The translations under genes were made by a program, and so were the position numbers. Below are positions 8,439 through 17,897 of a DNA stretch of 64,000 nucleotides, one piece after another; positions within the stretch are counted from its first letter, which is position 1; each line of letters begins with the position of its first letter. The notes below the pieces were generated by a model that was not told the origin of the DNA, searched no databases, and saw nothing but the letters and a program-made list of their open reading frames with translations. Where the stretch lies: NCBI GenBank assembly GCA_963826115.1, contig CAWGVS010000010.1, forward strand, positions 160,001 to 224,000, in the 5' to 3' direction. This DNA comes from an uncultured Candidatus Rokubacteria bacterium (lineage in GTDB: Bacteria; Methylomirabilota; Methylomirabilia; Rokubacteriales; DASRDR01).

Positions 8439-9113
8439 TCACTTGCTCCGGACCTGGTCGATCCGCGCCGCGGCCTGCTCGAGGACGGCCGCCACCGCCG
8501 GCATGTCCTTCACCGGGAGGTACAGCGTCGTCGGCACCTCCCAGACCGCCCGCTGGAGGAGGATCGGGAGGTCGCCCGTCTGCACGTAGCCGACCGCGTC
8601 GCCCCGGATCTGGAGCACGCCGATCCGGAGGGTGCCGGCGTGGAAGTCGGCGTCGACCGAGTCCGGCCGCGGATCGCCGGCGGGTCCGATCGCGGCCCGC
8701 GCCATGTCGGCGACGGCCTGGGCCAGCGGCCGCACGTCCGTGCCGTCCATCAGCCCCGTGCCCAGGCGGAACAGGTCCCCGGCCGTGCCCGTCGAGACCG
8801 ACAACGTCACCCGGAGGGCGAGGGACCGCCAGTCGGGCCGGCCCGTCTGCTGGGCCCGCAGCACCTCGATGACGATCTCGCCTGCCCGCGCCCCGCCGAC
8901 CGCCGCCAGGCGAGGGAGCGCCGGCAGCGCCATCGGCGCGACTGGCAGGGTGGCGATCGGGTACGACTCGCGCACGCATGGCGAGCAGGCCGACAGCACG
9001 AAGCGCTCGAACACGGTCGGGGGTGCGGCCGGCGACCCGTCCCCATTGGCGCGGGCGACGGAGGGCGCCGCGGCCAGAGAGACGAGCAGGCCGAGGACGA
9101 GGCGTCGCGGCAT
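8439..9113 (-). CDS. Exported hypothetical protein with CxxC
   Basis: Signal MPRRLVLGLLVSLAAAPSVARA; CSPC; RBS GGAGG. Confidence 0.6.
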   Translation of the reverse strand: MPRRLVLGLLVSLAAAPSVARANGDGSPAAPPTVFERFVLSACSPCVRESYPIATLPVAPMALPALPRLAAVGGARAGEIVIEVLRAQQTGRPDWRSLALRVTLSVSTGTAGDLFRLGTGLMDGTDVRPLAQAVADMARAAIGPAGDPRPDSVDADFHAGTLRIGVLQIRGDAVGYVQTGDLPILLQRAVWEVPTTLYLPVKDMPAVAAVLEQAAARIDQVRSK

Positions 9114-9233
9114 CGGACCTCCGGCGCTCGATCGTCGCGCGGGACGGTCCCGCGCCACGACGATCTTACCGCGTCCCGGGGAGGCCGGTGGGCAGCAGCC
9201 TCCCCCGGGACGCGGCCCGCCCGGGGGCGGGAT

Positions 9234-10619
9234 CTACAGCGACCGCAGGAAGTTCAGGAGGTCCTGCTTGTCCGACTCCCGCATCTGGTTGTACCGGTCC
9301 ACCGTGGCGTTCGCCTCCGACGGCGGGTACTTCGAGGTGCCCGCGCTCCGATGCGCCTGGATCGCGTCGGTTAGGTCGCCGGTGCGCCCGTCGTGGAGGA
9401 AGAAGAGCCGCTTCCCGAGGCCCCAGAGCGGGGCGGTCCGGAACTCCGCCGGGCCCGCCTCTCCCTGCAGGATCTCGTCGGCCAGCTCCGCGCCCATGTT
9501 GTGGAGGGCCAGGTCAGAGTAGAGATTGACCACCTTGTTGCGGAGCGCGACGACCGTCGAGAACTCGCTGGTCCGGAGGGTCGGCGTGTGACAGAGCGCG
9601 CAGCCCGCGTCCGCAAACCGCGCGCGGCCCCGCGTGATCGACGCGGCGCCGCCCGGCGTGTCCGGAGACGGCACCGGCGGCGCCAGGAAGCGCTGGAAGT
9701 TGGCGAAGCTCGCAATGGCGCTGATCTGGCTCACGCTCGGCACGACGTCGTTCGGCACCATCGTGGTCTGGCAGCCGGGGGTCTCGTCCCGCTCGCTCTG
9801 GAAAAGCTCGTTGGTGATGCCCATCTCGACGTTGTAGGCCTCGCCGGAGAAGAGAGTCAGGGACTTGTTCTGCGCTTTCCATCCGAACCGGGAGATGGTG
9901 CCGTCGTTGCCGTTGCGGTTCGCGGTGCCCGAGACGTTGATGTGATTCACGCGCCCGCGGATGCCGAACGCCGACTTCTGGCTTCCCTGGGCCGCGAGGT
10001 TTGCGACGATGGCGCTGTCGAGGATCTGCTCGATCAGGCCCGCTCCGAACACCGGGCTCGGGATCCGGAAGGTGACGTTGCCCGCGCGGACCTGAGGCTC
10101 GAAGCTCTCCTGCCGGATGTTGCAGTTCGGCGCGTCGTGGTGGCCGGCGATGACGAAGAGGGCGTGGACTCCGCCGTCCCGCGAGCCGTCGCTCTTGAAC
10201 CGGAAGCGGACCTCGCGGATGGGACCGTCACGCCGGATGAACGACGGGATCACGTTGGCGCTCCCGAAGCCCAGGTCGGCGGGGTCGACCACGCGAAACA
10301 GCGGGTTCGCCGCGGGGCTCGAGCCCCCGAGGGCCGGCTGCTGGTGGCAGCCCCCGCAGCTCACGAAGTTGAAGCGGGGCCCCACGCCCTCGGGGACGGT
10401 TTCCTCTTCCTCGAACTCGTCGAGCCCGGCGGTGAACATCGTGCTCTCGTCCTCGGTGAGGCCGGCGAGCGGAGCTCCGGCGCCCGCCGGTCCGGAGCGG
10501 GGGCCGAGATCGCGAGCCCGCGTGAGCAGCTGGGCCTGCGTGGGTGGCACGTGAAGCCACGGCGACGCTCCGAGGACGACGCCGATGGCGACGATGACGA
10601 TGGCGAGCTTGCTCTTCAC
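9234..10619 (-). CDS. Di-heme oxidoreductase family protein (DHOR-like)
   Basis: Signal peptide; GVGPRFN..CGGCH; RFGWKA; AYNVEMGITN; CALCHTP; YSDLALHNMG; FRTAPLWGLG..FLHDGR; RBS GAGGAGG before GTG. Confidence 0.85.
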   Translation of the reverse strand: MKSKLAIVIVAIGVVLGASPWLHVPPTQAQLLTRARDLGPRSGPAGAGAPLAGLTEDESTMFTAGLDEFEEEETVPEGVGPRFNFVSCGGCHQQPALGGSSPAANPLFRVVDPADLGFGSANVIPSFIRRDGPIREVRFRFKSDGSRDGGVHALFVIAGHHDAPNCNIRQESFEPQVRAGNVTFRIPSPVFGAGLIEQILDSAIVANLAAQGSQKSAFGIRGRVNHINVSGTANRNGNDGTISRFGWKAQNKSLTLFSGEAYNVEMGITNELFQSERDETPGCQTTMVPNDVVPSVSQISAIASFANFQRFLAPPVPSPDTPGGAASITRGRARFADAGCALCHTPTLRTSEFSTVVALRNKVVNLYSDLALHNMGAELADEILQGEAGPAEFRTAPLWGLGKRLFFLHDGRTGDLTDAIQAHRSAGTSKYPPSEANATVDRYNQMRESDKQDLLNFLRSL

Positions 10620-10688
10620 GGATCCTGTCCTCCTCGAGCGGCCGAGGCGGCCGCTCGGCCGCGACGGGCGGCCGGTCACGGCGAGGAC

Positions 10689-10704
10689 AGCAAGGGGGAT
10701 GCCA
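10689..10704 (-). promoter_or_regulatory. Sigma-54 (-24/-12) promoter of the DHOR gene
   Basis: Minus strand TGGCATCCCCCTTGCT, close to the TGGCAC-N5-TTGCW consensus; adjacent to a divergent bEBP gene. Confidence 0.8.
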
Positions 10705-10797
10705 TGGGACGCCAGGCAGCGCGCCCTGAAGATTCGCGCGTTCCGCGCGAGAGGCCGGTCGCGCCGCTTCTCAGCCCCCGGAACCACGAGGCCGGTT

Positions 10798-10815
10798 GTT
10801 CTCAGGGATGAGAAC
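10798..10815. promoter_or_regulatory. Palindromic candidate upstream activator sequence
   Basis: Perfect GTTCTCA-GGGA-TGAGAAC; a degenerate copy TTCTCA-GCCC-CCGGAA at 10768-10783 is 31 bp away; about 95-110 bp upstream of the -24 element. Confidence 0.6.
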
Positions 10816-10957
10816 GGAACCCGGGGCGGGTGCCGCTCGTTTTCTCTGATTCAGCCTTGTGAGGCGACGCGGAGCACGCTACTCTCGGACTCAGTACCCC
10901 GATGACGACCACCTCGGTCCGTAACGCTCCGTCCGGCTCCATCCGCGGAACTCGGCG

Positions 10958-12316
<1,359 letters not shown>

Positions 12317-12426
12317 GGGGCCGCGCCTTCCCGGGACGACCGAGCGGGGCCGGTGGTACGCTGGAGCCCGCTGGCCGTCCGGACTGTGTGATCGGACGTC
12401 CCGTGCCCGCAAGGAGGCGACGACCC

Positions 12427-13008
12427 ATGCATCGCGTGTGGATCGCGGGTGCGACCCTCTTGGCGCTCGCGCTCGTGTCGGAGGCCCAGCAGCCCGCGCT
12501 CTCGCCCGGCAAGAAGGAGGCGCCCTTGGCGCAGGATTCGCTCTATCGCCTCTCGGTGAAGACCCTGGAAGGCGAGCCGGCCGACCTGAACGCGTACGCC
12601 GGCAAGGTGACGCTCGTCGTCAACGTGGCGAGCCAGTGCGGTTACACGCCCCAGTACACGGGCCTCGAGAAGCTCTACACCGACCTCAAGGGCCGGGGAT
12701 TCGTCATCCTGGGGTTCCCGAGCAACGACTTCGGCAGCCAGGAGCCGGGGACCGCGACGGAGATCCGGCAATTCTGCACGCTGAACTACGAGGTGACCTT
12801 CCCCCTGTTCGAGAAGGTCGTCACCAAGGCGGGGTCCGGCCAGTCGCCGGTGTACGCGAATCTCCAGCAGCAGTCGGGCGAGCTGCCGAGCTGGAACTTC
12901 GCCAAGTACCTGGTGGCGAAGAACGGGAAGGTGGTCAAGTTCTACAAGAGCGGGGTCAAGCCCGACGACGCGGGCCTGCGCAAGGACATCGAAACCGCGC
13001 TGCGGTAG
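12427..13008 (+). CDS. Glutathione peroxidase family protein (Cys type, with signal peptide)
   Basis: NVASQCGYTPQY, GFPSNDFGSQEPG, WNFAKYLV; RBS AAGGAGG. Confidence 0.92.
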   Translation: MHRVWIAGATLLALALVSEAQQPALSPGKKEAPLAQDSLYRLSVKTLEGEPADLNAYAGKVTLVVNVASQCGYTPQYTGLEKLYTDLKGRGFVILGFPSNDFGSQEPGTATEIRQFCTLNYEVTFPLFEKVVTKAGSGQSPVYANLQQQSGELPSWNFAKYLVAKNGKVVKFYKSGVKPDDAGLRKDIETALR

Positions 13009-13024
13009 CGCCCGGCGCGGCCCC

Positions 13025-14920
13025 GTGACGCGTCCAGGACCGGTCGCTTCGCCCATTCACCGGTGGGCCCGCGCGGCCGTCCCGGCGGCCGCTCTCCTCC
13101 TCGCCGCGGCGTGCGCGACGCCGGTCGGCGTCGACCCGATCACCCCGGAGACGTACCAACGACAGGCGACCGCCGACGCCCTCACGACGGGCGCCCCGAG
13201 CCAGTTCTCCGACCAGATCCTCCAGCGCTTGAACCTGCGCGACCGGTACAAGCGCGAGCCGACGGCCGCGCTCGCGGAGCTCCACGCCAGCCTCGGCACC
13301 GAGGGCGGTGAGAATCGGCTCTTCGCGCTCGCGGAGCTGTCCTACCTCCACGCCGAGCGAGTCCACGCGCGCGAGTACCACCTGGCGGCCGCCGTATACG
13401 CCTACGCATTCCTCTTCCGCGAGCCGGCCCAGCCGGCGCCCGATCCGCTCGATCCCCGGACCCGCGTGGCCGCCGACCTCTACAACCGCGCGCTCACCGA
13501 GGGGCTGATCGAGCCGGACGGCGGCGGGGTGGTCGTCGCGCCCGGCGAGCGCCTCTTGCCGTTCGGGCGCCTCGACATCGATCTGCCGGCGGGACCGCCG
13601 ACCTGGGCCGGCCGCCAGCTCCAGAACTTCGTGCCCGCCAGCCACGTGGCGCTCCGGGGCCTGCGGAACCGCTACCGCCAGGCGGGCGTCGGCGCGCCGC
13701 TGGTGGCCGGCCTCGCTCCCGTCGATCACGTCGCGATCCGGAACAGCCTGGTTCCCCCCCGGCTCAAGGTCCCGGTGACGGTCTTCCTGCGGCTCGACCA
13801 GGTCCGGGAGGGCCTCGCCACCGGGCGGCTCCACGGCGCGCTCGAGGTCTACACGAAGGACGCCGCGAGCCGGATCGTGGTGGAGGGCCGCGAGGTGCCG
13901 CTCGAGTTCGAGATGAGCGCGGCGCTCGCGGCCACGCTCGACGGCGCGCCCGTCTGGGAGTCCGAGCTGCGCGGCTTCCTCAGCGGGAACTTCGTCGAGG
14001 GCGGCGGCGGGGTGCTCTACATGCTGTCGCCCTACCGCCAGGGCCACGTGCCCGTCGTGCTGATCCACGGCACCGCCTCCAGCCCGGCGCGCTGGGCGGA
14101 CCTCGTCAACGAGCTCGAGGCGGACCCGCGGATCTCGTCGCGCGTGCAGTTCTGGCTCTTCAGCTACAACACGGGCAACCCCCTCCTCTATTCGTCCGGC
14201 CTCCTCCACGACGTCCTGACGAAGTCCGTGGCGGCGCTCGATCCCGCGGGCGCGGACCGCGCCCTTCGCCGCATGGTCCTCATCGGCCACAGCCAGGGCG
14301 GGCTCCTGGCAAAGCTGATGGTGGTCGACGGCGGCAGCCGCTTCTGGGACACCGCCAGCGAGACGCCTCTCGACCAGCTGCGGGTGTCCGACGAGACCCG
14401 GGCGGTGCTGCAGCGCTCGATGTTTCCCACGCCGCTCCCGTTCGTCGAGCGGGTCATCTTCCTGGCGACCCCGCACCGGGGCAGCGACATCGCGGCCCTC
14501 GTCGTGGGGCGCTTCCGGTGGCTTGTCGACTGGGCGCTCACCCTGCCTCCGAGCCTCCTGCGCCTCACGGGGGAGGTCATGACGGGGAGCGAGGACCCGC
14601 TCCTCCGGTACCGGCTGCGGCAAGGCCTCCCGCGGAGCGTCGACAACATGAGCCCCGGCAACCCGGCGATCCGGACGCTCGCGAGCCTGCCCATCGTGCC
14701 GGGCGTGACGGTGCACTCGATCGTCGCGATGGAAGAGGGGGGCACGCTCGCCGACGGCGGCGACGGCGTCGTGACCTACCGGAGCGCCCACCTGGACGAG
14801 GCCGCCTCCGAGCTCATCGTCCAGTCCGGCCACTCGGTGCAGGGCAACCCCCAGGCGATCGAGGAGATCCGCCGCATCCTGCTCCAGCACCTCGCTGCCG
14901 GGCCCGCGAGCGCGTGGTGA
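13025..14920 (+). CDS. Lipoprotein alpha/beta hydrolase (esterase/lipase-like)
   Basis: LLAAC lipobox; PVVLIHG; GHSQGG nucleophile elbow; ATPHRGS; DGVV..SAHL; SGHS. Confidence 0.85.
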   Translation: MTRPGPVASPIHRWARAAVPAAALLLAAACATPVGVDPITPETYQRQATADALTTGAPSQFSDQILQRLNLRDRYKREPTAALAELHASLGTEGGENRLFALAELSYLHAERVHAREYHLAAAVYAYAFLFREPAQPAPDPLDPRTRVAADLYNRALTEGLIEPDGGGVVVAPGERLLPFGRLDIDLPAGPPTWAGRQLQNFVPASHVALRGLRNRYRQAGVGAPLVAGLAPVDHVAIRNSLVPPRLKVPVTVFLRLDQVREGLATGRLHGALEVYTKDAASRIVVEGREVPLEFEMSAALAATLDGAPVWESELRGFLSGNFVEGGGGVLYMLSPYRQGHVPVVLIHGTASSPARWADLVNELEADPRISSRVQFWLFSYNTGNPLLYSSGLLHDVLTKSVAALDPAGADRALRRMVLIGHSQGGLLAKLMVVDGGSRFWDTASETPLDQLRVSDETRAVLQRSMFPTPLPFVERVIFLATPHRGSDIAALVVGRFRWLVDWALTLPPSLLRLTGEVMTGSEDPLLRYRLRQGLPRSVDNMSPGNPAIRTLASLPIVPGVTVHSIVAMEEGGTLADGGDGVVTYRSAHLDEAASELIVQSGHSVQGNPQAIEEIRRILLQHLAAGPASAW

Positions 14921-14969
14921 CGCCGGACGGGCGCGGCGCCGTCGCCGCGCGCCTCCGGGGCTGATCCGC

Positions 14970-15995
14970 GTGGCCCTGCGAGTCCTGGGGTGGGGCGCCG
15001 TCGTCCTCGCGCTCGCCGTCGCCGGCGCGTGGGGGACGCTCGCCCTCCACTACTCGGACCTCTCGCCGGCGTGGCTCCGGGCTGCCCTCGCCGTCGCGTT
15101 CGCGCTTCTCGCGCTGGGCGCGGTCGGCGCGATCGCCGCGGGGTGGCGGCGCCGCACCGTCCTCGGCGTCTTCGCGGTGGCGCTCCTCGGCCTCCTCGGG
15201 TACTGGCGCGGGATCGCGCCGTCCAACGACCGCGACTGGGCGCCGGAGGTCGCGCGCCTCCCGTACGCCACCGTTGACGGGGACCAAGTCACGCTCCACG
15301 ACGTCCGGAACTTCGACTACCGCACCGAGACCGACTTCACGCCCGGCTACTACGACCGGACCGTCGACCTCCGGCGGCTCGACGCGGTCGACCTCGTCAC
15401 GTCGTACTGGATGGGGCCGGCGATCGCCCACGTGTTCCTGAGCTTCGGCTTCGGCGACGAGCACGTCGCGGTGTCGATCGAGGCGCGCAAGGAGCGGAAC
15501 GAGGGGTATTCGTCGATCCAGGGCTTCTTCAAGCGCTACGAGCTCATCTACGTCGTCGGCGACGAGCGCGACCTCATCCGGGTCCGGACCAACTACCGCC
15601 AGGATCCGCCGGAGGACGTCTACCTCTACCGGGTCCAGGCGCCGGTCGAGAACGTGCGGCGCCTGTTCCTCGAGTACGTCCGCGCCATCAACGCGCTCCG
15701 GACGGCCCCGGGCTTCTACGACACGCTCACGACGAACTGCACGACGACGATCGTGCTCCACACGCGGGTGAACCCGGACTCGATGCCGCTCAGCTGGCGG
15801 GTTCTGCTGAGCGGCTACGCCGCGGAGTACGCGTACCAGCGAGGTCGGCTCGACACGAGCCTCCCGTTCGAGGAGCTCCGGCGACGGTCCCGGATCAACG
15901 AGGCGGCACGGGCCGCCGACCGGGCGCCGGACTTCTCGCGGCGCATCCGCGAGGGGCGGCCGGGGTGGGGACGCGGGACGGCGGCCGGGTCCTGA
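14970..15995 (+). CDS. DUF4105 domain membrane protein
   Basis: Three N-terminal TM helices; PSNDRDW, VRNFDYR, IAHVFLSFGF, SIEARKE, FYDTLTTNCTT. Confidence 0.8.
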   Translation: MALRVLGWGAVVLALAVAGAWGTLALHYSDLSPAWLRAALAVAFALLALGAVGAIAAGWRRRTVLGVFAVALLGLLGYWRGIAPSNDRDWAPEVARLPYATVDGDQVTLHDVRNFDYRTETDFTPGYYDRTVDLRRLDAVDLVTSYWMGPAIAHVFLSFGFGDEHVAVSIEARKERNEGYSSIQGFFKRYELIYVVGDERDLIRVRTNYRQDPPEDVYLYRVQAPVENVRRLFLEYVRAINALRTAPGFYDTLTTNCTTTIVLHTRVNPDSMPLSWRVLLSGYAAEYAYQRGRLDTSLPFEELRRRSRINEAARAADRAPDFSRRIREGRPGWGRGTAAGS

Positions 15996-16005
15996 CGGGC
16001 GGCCC

Positions 16006-16590
16006 TCAGCGGCCGGGCATCCCCAGCTGTCCGCGCGTGGCCATCGCGTCGAACCAGTGACCGTACGGGTGGAGCAGGGCGGTCTGGAGCAGGTACCAGC
16101 CGCGCGAGTGGCCGCGCGCCCAGAACTCCTCCACCCAGCGCCCGGCGTCGACCAGGAGCGCCTCGTCGGCCACCACCGCGCGGATCCGCTCGGGCGCAAC
16201 GAGCTCCTCCCAGGCCGCCGGCGCCAGGGCGGCGGCCACCGACCGCGTCCGCGCCGTGACCGCGCGCGCGTAGTCCCGGAGCGCGGCCGCATCGATCCGC
16301 GCGCTGAGCGCCTCGACCTCGACCGCGCTCATGCCGGACCCGACGTCCGGCCGGTCGACCCCGAGGCGGTCCCGCCAGCCGCCCTCGTCGAGCACCTGGG
16401 GTCGGTCGGCGACGAAGCGGCTCACCGCGGCGTCCTCGACCCGCATGGCGTGCCAGGCGAGCCAGACGATCGAGTTCAGCCCGTGCGGGCGTCCACGAGC
16501 CTGCGCGTCGGTCAGGCCCTTGAAGAGGTCGTCGGCGAAGCCGGCGTGGATCGCGTCGTACCGCAGATGGAAGAGCGTGAGGGCGTCCAT
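16006..16590 (-). CDS. DinB family protein
   Basis: NSIVWLAWHAMRVED and C-terminal H-x3-H (LHPYGH). Confidence 0.8.
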   Translation of the reverse strand: MDALTLFHLRYDAIHAGFADDLFKGLTDAQARGRPHGLNSIVWLAWHAMRVEDAAVSRFVADRPQVLDEGGWRDRLGVDRPDVGSGMSAVEVEALSARIDAAALRDYARAVTARTRSVAAALAPAAWEELVAPERIRAVVADEALLVDAGRWVEEFWARGHSRGWYLLQTALLHPYGHWFDAMATRGQLGMPGR

Positions 16591-16731
16591 CAGGGGATCT
16601 CCTGGTCCGGCCGGAAGTCGCGTCGTTGCCGGGTGCGCCCCGGCCGGCTACAGTGCTCGTGTCGGCGGCTCTCGCTCCGGCAGCGGTCGGGCCGGCCGGA
16701 GCTCGGCGCCGCGCCGGCGAGGGAGGGTTCC

Positions 16732-16974
16732 ATGAGTGAGGAGCGTCTCGAGGACGAGGTCGCCCGCCTGCGGGCCGAGAACGAGGCCCTCCGGGCTCGG
16801 ACCCAGCGCGGCAACCAGATCCGCGTCAGCGACAAGGGCGGGGTGTCCGTGTACGGGCTTGGCCGCTTCCCTGTCACGCTCTACAAGGAGCAGTGGCGCC
16901 GCCTGCTCGACATGGCCGACGAGATCCGGACCTTCATCAAGGCGCACGAGGGCGAGCTCAAGACCAAGGACTGA
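16732..16974 (+). CDS. Conserved small protein: coiled coil plus VSxKGGVSVYGLGRFPVTLY domain
   Basis: RBS GGGAGG; strongly GC3-biased codons; TTGCCG-N17-TACAGT promoter-like element upstream. Confidence 0.8.
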   Translation: MSEERLEDEVARLRAENEALRARTQRGNQIRVSDKGGVSVYGLGRFPVTLYKEQWRRLLDMADEIRTFIKAHEGELKTKD

Positions 16975-16998
16975 CCGGCTCGGCCCGCGCGCCCCGGC

Positions 16999-17778
16999 CT
17001 AGAAGCGAACGCTGAAGCCGAGCACCGGGCCGTGGAGCGTCGTGTCCCACTTGAACTGCCGGAGCCCCGATCCCGTGCTGTAGTCCTGGTAGAGCGCCTT
17101 GTAGCCCACCAGCACCGACCACTCGACCCCGGCGCCCTGCCACCGGTACCCGAGGAGCCCCGTCACGGACCACGTGAGGTCCGAGCCGACGCCGAAGCCG
17201 CCGACGTCGCCGGCGACGAGCAGGAACACGTGCGGCGAGAAGTGCACGCCCAGGCGGCCGCCCACGATGGGGTCGATCCAGTCGACCTGCTGGTTGAGCG
17301 ACGGCGCGCCCCGCGTGTCGAGGTCGAGCTCGAGCGACGTGTAGCGCCCGCCCCCGTAGATGTCGAACGTGAGGCCGGGGACCCGATCGGCCGTCGTGTC
17401 GAGCAGCCGGAACTGGGCGCCGAAGTCGACGAACCACATCCGGGTGGTGACGTCGAGGCCGGTGGCGCCGGCGTCCTCCACCTTGGTCTTCACGTAGAAG
17501 AAGTCCCCGAAGACGCCGATGGGGCCCCGCGAGATCTCCAGGTGGCCCTGGAGCCCGACCAGGGTGTCGGTCGTCTCGAGAAGGTCGAGGAAGCTCGCGT
17601 CGAGATGCGCGCTGGCGCCCTTGATGGTCACGTCGCCGTACATCCCGGCCGCCCAGAGGTACGGCGCGACGGTGACGTGCCAGGCGTTCGGGTCGTCGTC
17701 CTGGGCCCGGGCGAGGGACGGGATCGCGGCGACGAGCAGTCCGGCTACGAGCACCCCGGCGAGTCGCGCTCTCCTCAC
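16999..17778 (-). CDS. Outer-membrane beta-barrel protein
   Basis: Signal peptide; W..TVAPYLWAAG, WIDPIVGGR, GDVGGFGVGSDLTW, amphipathic strands, terminal Phe. Confidence 0.8.
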   Translation of the reverse strand: MRRARLAGVLVAGLLVAAIPSLARAQDDDPNAWHVTVAPYLWAAGMYGDVTIKGASAHLDASFLDLLETTDTLVGLQGHLEISRGPIGVFGDFFYVKTKVEDAGATGLDVTTRMWFVDFGAQFRLLDTTADRVPGLTFDIYGGGRYTSLELDLDTRGAPSLNQQVDWIDPIVGGRLGVHFSPHVFLLVAGDVGGFGVGSDLTWSVTGLLGYRWQGAGVEWSVLVGYKALYQDYSTGSGLRQFKWDTTLHGPVLGFSVRF

Positions 17779-17897
17779 GTCGATGTCTCCTCCCTCGCGG
17801 CGGACGGGCCGACCGACCGGCCCGGCGGCGCCCGGGTCCGGCGACCCCGGGGGCCCAGGGACCGGCCTCCGGGGAACGATAGTAGTGTAGTTGTACC

